Source: Spirochaetales bacterium
GTDB taxonomy: Bacteria > Spirochaetota > Spirochaetia > JAFGXN01
Direction of reading: 5' to 3'
DNA: 64,000 nucleotides
NCBI GenBank assembly: GCA_016936615.1
Contig: JAFGXN010000141.1
Span: forward strand, 6,053 to 70,052
Part shown: positions 40,695 through 50,127 of the stretch, in pieces
How positions within the stretch are numbered: the first letter of the stretch is position 1
Layout of the letters: each line of letters starts with the position of its first letter
Notes under the pieces: generated by a model
What the model was told of the DNA's origin: nothing
Database searches by the model: none
The model's input: the letters and a program-made list of their open reading frames with translations, nothing else
Position numbers and translations under genes: made by a program

Positions 40695-41527
40695 TCCTTT
40701 TTTGCACCATAAGAATAGAATTTGAAACCATCCTTATCTAATATATCTAGACTTGCGCCAGATTTAATCAGCAAAGCAACAATATCACTTCTATCAATCG
40801 AAGCAGCAAACATCAAGGCGGTTTGACCGCTAGAATTTTTCAAATTCAAATTAGCATCTGCCTCTACAAGAATCTCCACAATCGGCAAGAATCCCTTGAC
40901 AGTAGCTAGCATCAAAGCTGAATAACCATCTTTATCCTGTTGATCAACCTTTGCACCAGAATCAACAAGAACCCTGACATAATCGACCCGCCCAAAGAAA
41001 GCAGCATACAATAATGCAGAAGACTTCTCACTATCAGTATAATTTACATCAGCACCGCCAACAATCAGCTCTGAAAACTCCGCAAATCTATCATCAATAA
41101 CACATTTTATCAAAGTCGGAGACTCTTTCTTCGACGGAGCAACTCTCTGCTCAAGTTCAATCATCGAAGGATCAACCTCACCTAGTGTCTCGAGTGCTGC
41201 ATAAAGCTTCTTAAAGAGCTTATCGTCACCACTTGATTTTGCGACAGAAAATGGAGAAAGTCCAGATCTCCCCCGGAAATCAGGTCGCGCCCCTTGCGAA
41301 AGCAAATAATCAATCGATATAGGCTTTTGCCTAACCACAGCATACAACAAAGGTGTAAACCCAGTACTTGAAAGACCATTTATATCAGCACCTTCAGCAA
41401 GAACACGCCCAATACCCTGAATATTCTGAGCATCTATCTCAACAAGCATTCTATCCTGAAGTTCATACGAGTTTGTAAAACTTAGTAAAAAGAGAGAAAC
41501 CATACCAATAAAAATTAACTTTTTCAT
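40691..41527 (-). CDS. Secreted ankyrin-repeat protein
   Basis: Signal peptide plus at least five ANK repeats (G.TPLLYA, SALLYAAFFGRVDYVRVLVDSGAKVD, GYSALMLATVKG, GQTALMFAA). Confidence 0.8.
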   Translation of the reverse strand: MKKLIFIGMVSLFLLSFTNSYELQDRMLVEIDAQNIQGIGRVLAEGADINGLSSTGFTPLLYAVVRQKPISIDYLLSQGARPDFRGRSGLSPFSVAKSSGDDKLFKKLYAALETLGEVDPSMIELEQRVAPSKKESPTLIKCVIDDRFAEFSELIVGGADVNYTDSEKSSALLYAAFFGRVDYVRVLVDSGAKVDQQDKDGYSALMLATVKGFLPIVEILVEADANLNLKNSSGQTALMFAASIDRSDIVALLIKSGASLDILDKDGFKFYSYGAKKD

Positions 41528-41676
41528 AAGATAATATTATCAGATAAAAATTGCATAGGCAAGCTTTTTCATTCTCTCAATTCTAATAATAACAAAATCA
41601 CAAGTCTTGCATGTTGACGAATCAAAGAATTGACAATATTATTGAGAAAGAAAATATATTCAAAAAGGGGAAAAAG

Positions 41677-42837
41677 ATGATAAGACGAATGGTTTTAAAT
41701 GAAACGTTTTACTTTGGAGTTGATGCTATTTCTACAATTCCAACAGAGGTAAAAAAACGTGGATTTAAGAAAATTCTAATCGTTACCGACAAAGATCTAA
41801 TTAAATTCAATGTAGCAACAAAGGTAACTAAGATTCTTGACGAAAATTCCATCGCGTATGAGATTTTCAGCGATGTTAAGGCAAATCCTGCAGTAGCAAA
41901 TGTTAAGGCTGGTGTAGATTTTTTCAAAAGGGCAAAGGCTGACAGCATAATCGCTATTGGTGGAGGCTCTGCAATCGACACATCTAAGGCAATCGGAATA
42001 ATAATCAACAACCCGGAGCACTCAGATGTGCTTAGCCTTGAGGGAGCAATTGACACTAAGAATAAATCCGTGCCGATAATTGCAGTCCCAACAACAGCAG
42101 GGACAGCTGCAGAAGTAACGATAAATTATGTAATCACAGATGAAGACAAAAAGAGAAAATTCGTATGTGTCGATCCAAATGATATACCGATACTCTCAGT
42201 TGTTGATCCAATGATGATGAACTCTATGCCGAAAGGGCTTACAGCTGCCACCGGGATGGATGCCCTTACCCACGCAATTGAAGGTTTCATAACAAAAGGG
42301 GCATGGGAATTAACAGACACTCTACATCTCAAGGCTATCGAGATGATCTCTCGAAGTCTAAGAAAAGCAGCTAACCAGAATGACCTAAAGGCTCGCGAAG
42401 ATATGGCAATTGGCCAGTATGTTGCAGGAATGGGATTCTCTAATGTAGGACTAGGGATTGTCCACTCTATGGCTCACCCTCTCGGAGCATTCTACGACAC
42501 ACCTCACGGAGTTGCAAACGCAGTACTACTTCCTTTTGTAATGGAATACAATGCAAATTTTACTGGAGAAAAGTACAAAGAAATTGCTAAGGCAATGGGT
42601 GTAGCAAACACAGAGACAATGAGCGAATCAGAGTACCGCGCGGCTGCTATCAACGCAGTAAAGCAACTCTCAGCCGACATAGAGATACCAAAATCACTCA
42701 ACGAGATTGGAGTCAAAGAAGAAGATCTCCAGGCTCTTGCAGAGAGCGCATTCGCAGATGTCTGCACAGGCGGAAATCCACGAGACACCTCTATCAGCGA
42801 CATTTTAGAAATATACAAAACCGCCTTCAAAGGCTAA
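41677..42837 (+). CDS. fucO: Iron-containing alcohol dehydrogenase, lactaldehyde reductase (FucO)-like
   Basis: Very strong similarity to group III Fe-ADH/FucO (PTTAGTAAEVTINYVITDEDKKRKFVCVDP, GGNPR). The start is moved to the ATG matching the FucO N-terminus (MIRRMVLNETF). Confidence 0.8.
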   Translation: MIRRMVLNETFYFGVDAISTIPTEVKKRGFKKILIVTDKDLIKFNVATKVTKILDENSIAYEIFSDVKANPAVANVKAGVDFFKRAKADSIIAIGGGSAIDTSKAIGIIINNPEHSDVLSLEGAIDTKNKSVPIIAVPTTAGTAAEVTINYVITDEDKKRKFVCVDPNDIPILSVVDPMMMNSMPKGLTAATGMDALTHAIEGFITKGAWELTDTLHLKAIEMISRSLRKAANQNDLKAREDMAIGQYVAGMGFSNVGLGIVHSMAHPLGAFYDTPHGVANAVLLPFVMEYNANFTGEKYKEIAKAMGVANTETMSESEYRAAAINAVKQLSADIEIPKSLNEIGVKEEDLQALAESAFADVCTGGNPRDTSISDILEIYKTAFKG

Positions 42838-42846
42838 TTAATTAAA

Positions 42847-42878
42847 AAACGAGGGATTTCCCCTCGTTTTTCTATTTT
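42847..42878. terminator. Bidirectional rho-independent terminator between fucO and the GLUG lipoprotein gene
   Basis: Hairpin ACGAGGG-ATTTC-CCCTCGT with T-runs on both strands. Confidence 0.55.
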
Positions 42879-44622
42879 ATGGTCGTAAATTTGGATAAGC
42901 TGAATCGATAAGCCAAACTTTTGAAAAATCCCAACCAACAAAGGTTTTCGACACCTTGAGTTGTGCTGTTGTCTTAGGCTCGCCCTTACCTATGTCAGCC
43001 ATTCCAGAAGTATCCGAGTCATAATAAGAGTTAGTAACAACAGAAGAGTCATCATTCTCTCCTATAAGCCCACCAAGAGAGCCATTTCCAGATACATTCC
43101 CGTTAGAGTAACAACGCTTGATTGAAATCTCAAAATAAAGTCCTGAACCGTGGGAAGTCTCAAGCCCCTTACTCCAACCAACCAATCCACCAACGCCATT
43201 AGCCTGACCAGAGACATTCCCAACTGCATAGCAATCTTCGATAGAACCTCTATTCTCGCCGACAAAACCACCTGCAGAATCTCCAGACGATGAAACTCCC
43301 CCAGTTGCAGTAGAGAGAGAGATAGTGCCCAAATTACTACCAACAAGCCCACCCGCCTGCATTGCTGCAGTAACAGTAGCTGAAGAAAAAGACTTAGTGA
43401 CAGAAGATTGACTATTATAACCAACCAATCCACCAGCAGGGCTCCTCGCAGAAGTTCCAGAAGCAGTAACACTGCCAGATGCAAAGCAATCCTCGACAGA
43501 AGCAACAGAATTTAACCAACCAACTAATCCCCCGACATTTGTCTCCCCAACAACAATGGCGGATGTCGTTCGAGAATTTAATACAGAAGAGGAGGAACAA
43601 GCACCAATAAGCCCTCCAACATCACTCTTCCCTGTAACCCTAGCTGCTGAAGAAGAATCCTCAACAACCCCACCATCACCTAAAAGATTTGGAGAATCGC
43701 ACAAACCAAGCAATCCGCCAACATACGCAGCGATACTACTTGCATCACCAACAACGCGAATACCAGAAGCCACAGAACAGTCAGAAAGAACCCCCAAGGA
43801 TCGACCAACCAATCCTCCGACATATGACTCTCCTTGTATACTCTTATCAGTGCCAGAAACAGAGAGAGAACAGTTTTCAATTAAAGCGTAAGAACTTATG
43901 ACAAAGCCTACCAGAGAACCAACAGAGACCTTACCGGTAACCTCAGCATCAACCAAATTTAAATTCTTGACAACTGCATTCTCAGTTATCGCAGAGAACA
44001 AGCCGACACCATATGCCTTATCATTGCTCAGATCAATCTTCAAGTTACTCACAGAGTAATTCCCACCGTCAAGAGAGCCAGAAAAACACTCAAAGCCGTA
44101 AGGGATATCACCAGAAGGAGACAAAGCATCGCCAATAGGATCCCATCCACTGCTTGTTGGATAATCAGTCAAATCAATATCTGCAATAATCTTAAACGAC
44201 TTATCTAAATAATCTCTCACATTATACAATTTCTCAGCAGTATCAATCTCAAAAGGATTGAAAACTGTTCCAGTACCAGAATCATATGGCGAATTTTGAA
44301 CATCCAGATCATTAACAAAGACAAGAATGACTGTTTTATCTCCACTCATAGTAATTGGTTGACTATTTGCACCAGAAAGAGAACCACTTGGAAGAACCCA
44401 ATGATCAAAAGACCAACCAGCTGAAGCCTGAGCAGAAAGCTCTACAACAGAATCACTCTTATACTCATGATCACCAGCAGCTATATTAGCCGCTCCCTCA
44501 CCTTGAACAACAATGGACAAAGTATATGTCAAAGAACCACCAGGAGTATCATTATTCTCTTCACCGCAAGAAAAGAGAAAGATAAGAGTTAAAAAAACAA
44601 CATATAATAATTTTTTTTCCAT
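42877..44622 (-). CDS. GLUG-motif repeat surface lipoprotein (581 aa)
   Basis: Lipobox LFSC. Nine spaced G-G-L-[VI]-G repeats (VGGLVGRS, VGGLLGLC, VGGLIGAC, VGGLVGWL, AGGLVGYN, AGGLVGSN, AGGFVGEN, VGGLVGWS, LGGLIGEN), each near a Cys-containing turn (DCSV, DCFASG, DCYAVG, RCYSNG). Confidence 0.6.
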   Translation of the reverse strand: MEKKLLYVVFLTLIFLFSCGEENNDTPGGSLTYTLSIVVQGEGAANIAAGDHEYKSDSVVELSAQASAGWSFDHWVLPSGSLSGANSQPITMSGDKTVILVFVNDLDVQNSPYDSGTGTVFNPFEIDTAEKLYNVRDYLDKSFKIIADIDLTDYPTSSGWDPIGDALSPSGDIPYGFECFSGSLDGGNYSVSNLKIDLSNDKAYGVGLFSAITENAVVKNLNLVDAEVTGKVSVGSLVGFVISSYALIENCSLSVSGTDKSIQGESYVGGLVGRSLGVLSDCSVASGIRVVGDASSIAAYVGGLLGLCDSPNLLGDGGVVEDSSSAARVTGKSDVGGLIGACSSSSVLNSRTTSAIVVGETNVGGLVGWLNSVASVEDCFASGSVTASGTSARSPAGGLVGYNSQSSVTKSFSSATVTAAMQAGGLVGSNLGTISLSTATGGVSSSGDSAGGFVGENRGSIEDCYAVGNVSGQANGVGGLVGWSKGLETSHGSGLYFEISIKRCYSNGNVSGNGSLGGLIGENDDSSVVTNSYYDSDTSGMADIGKGEPKTTAQLKVSKTFVGWDFSKVWLIDSAYPNLRP

Positions 44623-44629
44623 AAAAAAA

Positions 44630-44679
44630 CTCCTCTCCTTAATATATCAAGAAAAGAGAGGAGCTCAAAGCTTTTTTTC
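44630..44679 (-). terminator. Terminator of the TPR gene whose 3' arm and T-tract form the SD and spacer of the GLUG gene
   Basis: 8-bp stem CTCCTCTC/GAGAGGAG. On the minus strand it reads GAGAGGAG-TTTTTTT-ATG of the GLUG gene. Confidence 0.45.
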
Positions 44680-45522
44680 TTAAAAATCCCGTTCAAGAAC
44701 CATACGCATCAATCCATTTACATGAACATTTTTGGGAAAGATTTCAAGAGCTTTTCGCAAGTAGAGCTCGGCACTCTCATAATCCCCTTCCTTCGCATAA
44801 GAGTGACCCAAAACCGTGTATATATCAAAATAATCAATCCTATCTAACGAACAATTATTCGAAGTTAAAAGATTATTCATCATCTCGATAGCCAGCCGAG
44901 GCTTCCCCCCGTACAATTTTGGAGGATAAGACTTAGAAGCTGCAAAAAGGATAAGAGCCTTCGCATTTGAACCATTTATCTCTATAGCACGTTCTAATGC
45001 CTTAACAACATCACGTCCATTTTTAAAAAGAAAGCCTAAATCATTAAAAGTACAGAAATTACCAAGAACCGCAGAATACAAAGTGAGAACATTGTCATCT
45101 TCTCCCTCACTCAAAGCAAGCTCAATATAATTCAAAGACTCTTGATAGTGCTGAAAGATTAAATCAATATTACTATGCAGCTTAGCAAGCGACACAATAG
45201 CACCCTTTCGAAGCTTTCGATTATGATCTATCGCTACCTCTTCATTATCAAAAAGTTGATACGCCTTCCCCATCAGAAATTCATTCTGAACCATAAAATA
45301 ATTTTTTTCAACAAACCCAATAGACAAAGAAGAGCTAAGCAACGAATTTATCTCTCTGTAAATCTCTTTCTGCCTAGTCAGACTATCGACTTGGGCTAAT
45401 ACACTCTCCGAGAAGAAATTTAATTTTTCTTCAAGAACCTCAACCTCATTTTTAATCTTTTCTGCTGCAAACCCTACAGAAAAAACTAATGTTAAACAAA
45501 ATGCTACAAATCTAGTTTTCAT
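44680..45522 (-). CDS. Secreted TPR-like repeat protein
   Basis: Signal peptide after the internal ATG (MKTRFVAFCLTLVFSVGFAAE); the track start is TTG 36 nt upstream. Helical repeats with TPR-like spacing. Confidence 0.5.
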   Translation of the reverse strand: MKTRFVAFCLTLVFSVGFAAEKIKNEVEVLEEKLNFFSESVLAQVDSLTRQKEIYREINSLLSSSLSIGFVEKNYFMVQNEFLMGKAYQLFDNEEVAIDHNRKLRKGAIVSLAKLHSNIDLIFQHYQESLNYIELALSEGEDDNVLTLYSAVLGNFCTFNDLGFLFKNGRDVVKALERAIEINGSNAKALILFAASKSYPPKLYGGKPRLAIEMMNNLLTSNNCSLDRIDYFDIYTVLGHSYAKEGDYESAELYLRKALEIFPKNVHVNGLMRMVLERDF

Positions 45523-45629
45523 ACCCATATAATTAATAAAAAAGCATACAAAATTCAAGGATTTTATAGACTTTTTAGAGAATTTTAATCTTTTTAATAT
45601 TTACTATTAAAAACCAACCATAAACCCAT

Positions 45630-46913
45630 CTACAAGGTTTCGTCCAAAACCATTTGCGCTGCTTTCTTTCCGCTAAGCAGAGATTGATCACTCCAGAGGT
45701 AGCCCCACTCGCCAAAACGTCCACAAGAGATAATCTCCTGTTGCTTTAGGTAGTCGAGGACAATCTTCCGATTTCTATAGATTTCATGGTCAAATATAAC
45801 ATTGGCATATTTTATAGTCCTAACATCGCTAACTTCGATATCAGAATTATTAAATATCCCCATTTTTATACCAGAATCTATCACATGATCGAGAAGATAC
45901 TCTTCGGAATAATTGTTCTTTTGCTGATTACGGTAAATCTCAAATTGAAGCGATGACTTCCCACAAGGGACATTGTCGCTACTTTTAAGAGATGGCGAAT
46001 ATGCTCGCGCTGGCAAAATTTCTTCATCATATACGTAGAACCAAAGATGCTTTGCAATATCAGGCTGATTAAATCCTAACGAGACAATTGTCCCACTGCT
46101 ACACTGCAACTTCTTCGCAGCTTCAGTAACTTGACTCGGAACATCTGGCAGGATCTTCACAATCTCAGGCAACGGTAGACTTGAGATCAAAAATTCATAG
46201 TGAACACTTGAACCATCCTCAAATTCGACCTTCTTAGCCTTTGGATTGATAAACACAGCCTTTTTCCCAAATCTCTTATCTGCAACATCTGCTGCTGGCT
46301 CTAAAAACCGTCTGTAACCTCCTTTTTCTGGATATCTCATCACCTTAGTGTAATATTTATTCTCAGTGTTTGGAGCAATCGCACCATCTATAACCTCGGC
46401 AAGATCAGGAACATGCATCCTAATCCCTACCCACTTTGTCTCTAGCTGATTCGCTTCCACAGTCCAGTACTTCCGTGTATATTTCAGAGGGAAATTCTCT
46501 GCAAAATAATCGCCATACTGTAGCCGTAACCACTCTTCATAATTTTTACACTCTGAAGGACGCCCATCAGCTCTTGTTGCAAAGCTCTTGATGACTTCAA
46601 CCTTCTCTGCTGTGCTCAATGGAAATAAATTGTTCTGAACTGGATGACGTAACCATGTCCCCTTGTAGTAATTTGAAGACTCTGGTGGATGACTGATGTA
46701 GGAATTTCTCAGAAAGATATCATTCACATCAATATTTTCTGAAAAAGAAAAATGAACAAATTTATCAAAACGGAAATCACCAAGATTAAAACAGCCACAA
46801 AGACCGCCCCAATCGGAGTCTTTCTCGTAAATAACAGAGGAAATTTTATTTTTTTTCAGGAAAAAAGAGGCGCCTAACCCGGCAGGGCCAGCCCCAAGTA
46901 TAACGCAACTCAA
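45630..46913 (-). CDS. FAD-dependent oxidoreductase, UDP-galactopyranose-mutase-like flavoprotein
   Basis: N-terminal dinucleotide fold ILGAGPAGLGASFFL...YEKDSDWGG and a C-terminal GRFGEWGY motif resembling the UGM GRLGTYRY. TTG start overlapping the upstream stop. Confidence 0.5.
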   Translation of the reverse strand: MSCVILGAGPAGLGASFFLKKNKISSVIYEKDSDWGGLCGCFNLGDFRFDKFVHFSFSENIDVNDIFLRNSYISHPPESSNYYKGTWLRHPVQNNLFPLSTAEKVEVIKSFATRADGRPSECKNYEEWLRLQYGDYFAENFPLKYTRKYWTVEANQLETKWVGIRMHVPDLAEVIDGAIAPNTENKYYTKVMRYPEKGGYRRFLEPAADVADKRFGKKAVFINPKAKKVEFEDGSSVHYEFLISSLPLPEIVKILPDVPSQVTEAAKKLQCSSGTIVSLGFNQPDIAKHLWFYVYDEEILPARAYSPSLKSSDNVPCGKSSLQFEIYRNQQKNNYSEEYLLDHVIDSGIKMGIFNNSDIEVSDVRTIKYANVIFDHEIYRNRKIVLDYLKQQEIISCGRFGEWGYLWSDQSLLSGKKAAQMVLDETL

Positions 46914-47767
46914 TCCACACCCCTTGATTTCTCGATAAATTCTGCCAACGCAAGCTTCCAGCTTCGCATCACAGAGAGATTCTCCAGCTCTAATCTGAAA
47001 TTCTTCGCAGATTCATTCCAGCTCACAGGAGCCTTCCGGACAAACATCTCAGGAGTCCCTGCCTCCACGCGAGAATTCACCCCGGATAGGCGAATTATCT
47101 CCTTTACATACTCATATCTTGTGGCAGTTCCCTCGCCCACAACGTTGTAGACCCCAATGCAATTATTCTCCAGCAAAACAAAAAGCTGCTTAACAAGGTC
47201 GCAGACATAGGTTGGATTGCCTTTTTGACCTGGATCTGAATACAGGAGCGGGTTCTTTTTAGCCTCATCAATGCGAGCCTTGATGAAATTTTTCTTAATC
47301 TGCTCATTTCCACCAAACAGCCAGCCAATTCTCACTATAAGAAAGTTATTCACATGTGAGTGAACAGCCCTCTCTGCGAGGAATTTAGTTTTATGATGAA
47401 TACTTAGTGGTTCAGGATTATCTAGCTCAGAGTACTCTTTCTCAAAATAATCGCCATAGATTCCTGTGCTTGAAATATAGACAAACTTGATATTTCGCCC
47501 CATACAGGCCTTCAATAGATTAATTGTTCCAGTTACGTTTATTCTGAATGCCTGATCTGGATGCTCTTCACAATAATCAACATTGGTCAATGCTGCACAG
47601 TGAATAACCAAGTCTGGCGAAATTTCCTCTACAACCTTAGCAACAGCAGCTGAATCTGTGATATCAAGGGTATCTATATCATAGCCAAAAATCTCAAAAT
47701 TACTTGGAGCTTCTAACTTTATTGTCGAGCCAAGAAGCCCGTAAACACCTGTAACTAGAACTTTCAT
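46910..47767 (-). CDS. dTDP-4-dehydrorhamnose-reductase (RmlD)-like nucleotide-sugar 4-ketoreductase
   Basis: RmlD substrate-binding fold: MKVLVTGVYGLLG, LDITD, VIHCAALTNVDYCE, YISSTGIYGD, HKTK. AGGTGG SD before the internal ATG; the track start is GTG. Confidence 0.7.
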   Translation of the reverse strand: MKVLVTGVYGLLGSTIKLEAPSNFEIFGYDIDTLDITDSAAVAKVVEEISPDLVIHCAALTNVDYCEEHPDQAFRINVTGTINLLKACMGRNIKFVYISSTGIYGDYFEKEYSELDNPEPLSIHHKTKFLAERAVHSHVNNFLIVRIGWLFGGNEQIKKNFIKARIDEAKKNPLLYSDPGQKGNPTYVCDLVKQLFVLLENNCIGVYNVVGEGTATRYEYVKEIIRLSGVNSRVEAGTPEMFVRKAPVSWNESAKNFRLELENLSVMRSWKLALAEFIEKSRGVD

Positions 47768-47769
47768 TT

Positions 47770-48219
47770 TTACCACCTATAAGGAATTTCTTCTGTTTCA
47801 AGAGGCAATATGTCTGCCTCTGCAGGGTCGTGCTCTATAGATGCGCAATTCTGAAGAAGGTTAAGACCTTCACTTCGCCCGCAAAAACTCATCCACACTC
47901 CTGGAGGAACAGTTAGCCTCTGATAATTAGAGTCGGAAGAAAGGACAATTTCTTGAATATTTCCTGACGTAGCTCCCTCTCTTGAGTCGTATAAGACAAA
48001 TTTAACCTCACCAACAGGGACTACCAGGTTCAGAACCATCTTGTTGTGGCGTTTCCACCCTTTGATACAATCCTTCTTCACTCCAGAGAAATAGACCTCG
48101 CCAAAGCCTGCATAGCCGTCAGAGGACTTTTTCATAGCGTGATAGACAAATCCAGTATCTTGAATTATCTGTTTTAACGGGGTCAAAATTACCCCATCAA
48201 TCGATGTTCCTTTTTCCAT
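47770..48219 (-). CDS. RmlC-like cupin, putative nucleotide-sugar 3,5- (or 5-) epimerase
   Basis: 149 aa cupin with the RmlC-type H...K...G.V..V.D block (KRHNKMVLNLVVPVGEVKFVLYD). Confidence 0.5.
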   Translation of the reverse strand: MEKGTSIDGVILTPLKQIIQDTGFVYHAMKKSSDGYAGFGEVYFSGVKKDCIKGWKRHNKMVLNLVVPVGEVKFVLYDSREGATSGNIQEIVLSSDSNYQRLTVPPGVWMSFCGRSEGLNLLQNCASIEHDPAEADILPLETEEIPYRW

Positions 48220-48226
48220 ATCAACC

Positions 48227-49336
48227 TCAAACTATTGCCCAAGGTAATCTCTTCGAAATTGCCTTCTCTTGATAAGCCTGGATCTGTGCAGCTGTTAATT
48301 TTGAAACATCTGTACTCTCTTTGTAAAATTTATAGTACCAGGTACTTGTAAACTCTGCGACATCCTCATAATCAAGAACTGGAATCCATTTTAAGAAAAA
48401 CAAGGCCTTATCACAATTCAATTTAAGCAATCCTGCCTCATGAAAAGGCTTATGATCTGTAACCTCGAAGGCTTTAGACGAATCTGAGAAATTCCAATAC
48501 TTGCTTAAATCTTTAAGCAGCATCAATACAGTGTGGTTAACCTTAGAATCTGGTCCAAAATTAAAACTCTCTCCATGCAAGGATTTATCCTCATGGAGTC
48601 TCCATGCAAGATGCAAATATCCACTAAGAGGCTCTAGGACGTGTTGCCATGGTCTAGTAGCATCAGGACATCGAATTTCAACCTTGTTGCCCTTATCCCA
48701 GGCTCTCATACAATCAGGAACAATTCTATCAAGAGCCCAATCACCACCACCAATAACATTTCCTGCGCGAGCTGAAGCAAGTCGAACATTTGATTTTTCA
48801 TTATTAAAAAATGAGTGAAAATATGACTTAAAGACCAACTCAGCAGCACCTTTCGAACCACTATAGATATCTTTTCCACCCATTGCATCAGTTTCTTTGT
48901 ATCCCCACACCCACTCAACATTGTCATAACACTTATCACTTGTAATGACAATTGCAGTACACTCATGATTTGAAACCCGCAAAGCTTCAAGAATATTCAC
49001 TGTACCCATAACATTTGACTCAAAGGTCTCAGTTGGATTTGTATACGAGTATGAAACAATTGGCTGTGCTGCAAGATGAAAGACAAAATCAGGCTTTAAC
49101 GAACAAACCAAATCAGTAAGCTGTTGAAGATCTCTGACATCCTCTCTGTAATCATCTATCAACGAAGCAAGTTTAGCCTCTTCGAAAAGAGATGGGCTAG
49201 ATGGAACATCTTTCGAATAACCAGTAACCTTTGCGCCTAATTGTGTCAACCAAAGAGTAAGCCATGACCCCTTGAATCCTGTATGTCCTGTAACAAGAAC
49301 TTTTTTTCCTTCAAATATATTATTAAAAAATTTCAT
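48227..49336 (-). CDS. rfbG: CDP-glucose 4,6-dehydratase
   Basis: Near end-to-end match to RfbG/DdhB (VLVTGHTGFKGSWL, ITSDKCYDN, RAGNVIGGGDWA, RPWQHVLEPLSGY). Confidence 0.9.
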   Translation of the reverse strand: MKFFNNIFEGKKVLVTGHTGFKGSWLTLWLTQLGAKVTGYSKDVPSSPSLFEEAKLASLIDDYREDVRDLQQLTDLVCSLKPDFVFHLAAQPIVSYSYTNPTETFESNVMGTVNILEALRVSNHECTAIVITSDKCYDNVEWVWGYKETDAMGGKDIYSGSKGAAELVFKSYFHSFFNNEKSNVRLASARAGNVIGGGDWALDRIVPDCMRAWDKGNKVEIRCPDATRPWQHVLEPLSGYLHLAWRLHEDKSLHGESFNFGPDSKVNHTVLMLLKDLSKYWNFSDSSKAFEVTDHKPFHEAGLLKLNCDKALFFLKWIPVLDYEDVAEFTSTWYYKFYKESTDVSKLTAAQIQAYQEKAISKRLPWAIV

Positions 49337-50112
49337 TTATTCCCCCAGATTATCCATGGAGCCTTTTTCGATTCAATCATCTCTGTAAGCATAATCTTAT
49401 CTCGTAGCGTATCCATTGGTTGCCAGAACCCGTTGTGTTTGAACGCTGCTAACTGGTTCTCCGCAGCAAGCCTCTCAAGTGGCTCCTTCTCAAATGTAGT
49501 AGCATCACCATCGATATAATCAAAAATCTCAGGTTCAAGAACAAAAAATCCCCCGTTAACCCAAGCCCCATCACCTTTAGGCTTCTCTTTGAAAGATTTA
49601 ACAAGACTATCTCCATCAATGTTTAGCGCTCCAAATCTTCCAGAAGGTTGCACTGCTGTCATTGTCGCAATCTTGCCACTTTCTTTGTGAAATTTAAGCA
49701 GAGCTTCAAGATCTACATCTCCGACCCCGTCGCCATATGTCATAAAAAAAGTCTCATTTCCTACATATTCTTTAATTCTCTTGATTCGCCCACCAGTCAT
49801 AGTATTCAAACCAGTATCAACGATAGAAATCTTCCAAGACTCAGCCTTACTGTCTCTGAACTCTATATTATTAGACTTCATATCAACAACTAAATCAGAA
49901 TTATGCATGTAGTAGTGATAAAAATACTCTTTTATAAAATAAGCCTTATAGCCAGCACAGATGATAAACTCATCATGTCCAAACTGAGTGTAATATTTCA
50001 TAATATGCCAAAGAACTGGCTTGTCTGCTATGTCGATCATAGGTTTTGGCTTCATCATCGACTCTTCAGAGATTCTCGTGCCAAACCCTCCAGCTAATAA
50101 TACTGTCTTCAT
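49333..50112 (-). CDS. rfbF: Glucose-1-phosphate cytidylyltransferase
   Basis: Near end-to-end match to RfbF/DdhA (LAGGFGTRISEE, KPMIDIADKPVLWHIM, GGFFVL, FWQPMDTLRDK). 4-nt overlap with rfbG. Confidence 0.9.
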   Translation of the reverse strand: MKTVLLAGGFGTRISEESMMKPKPMIDIADKPVLWHIMKYYTQFGHDEFIICAGYKAYFIKEYFYHYYMHNSDLVVDMKSNNIEFRDSKAESWKISIVDTGLNTMTGGRIKRIKEYVGNETFFMTYGDGVGDVDLEALLKFHKESGKIATMTAVQPSGRFGALNIDGDSLVKSFKEKPKGDGAWVNGGFFVLEPEIFDYIDGDATTFEKEPLERLAAENQLAAFKHNGFWQPMDTLRDKIMLTEMIESKKAPWIIWGNK

Positions 50113-50127
50113 AAATTGCTCCTTGTC

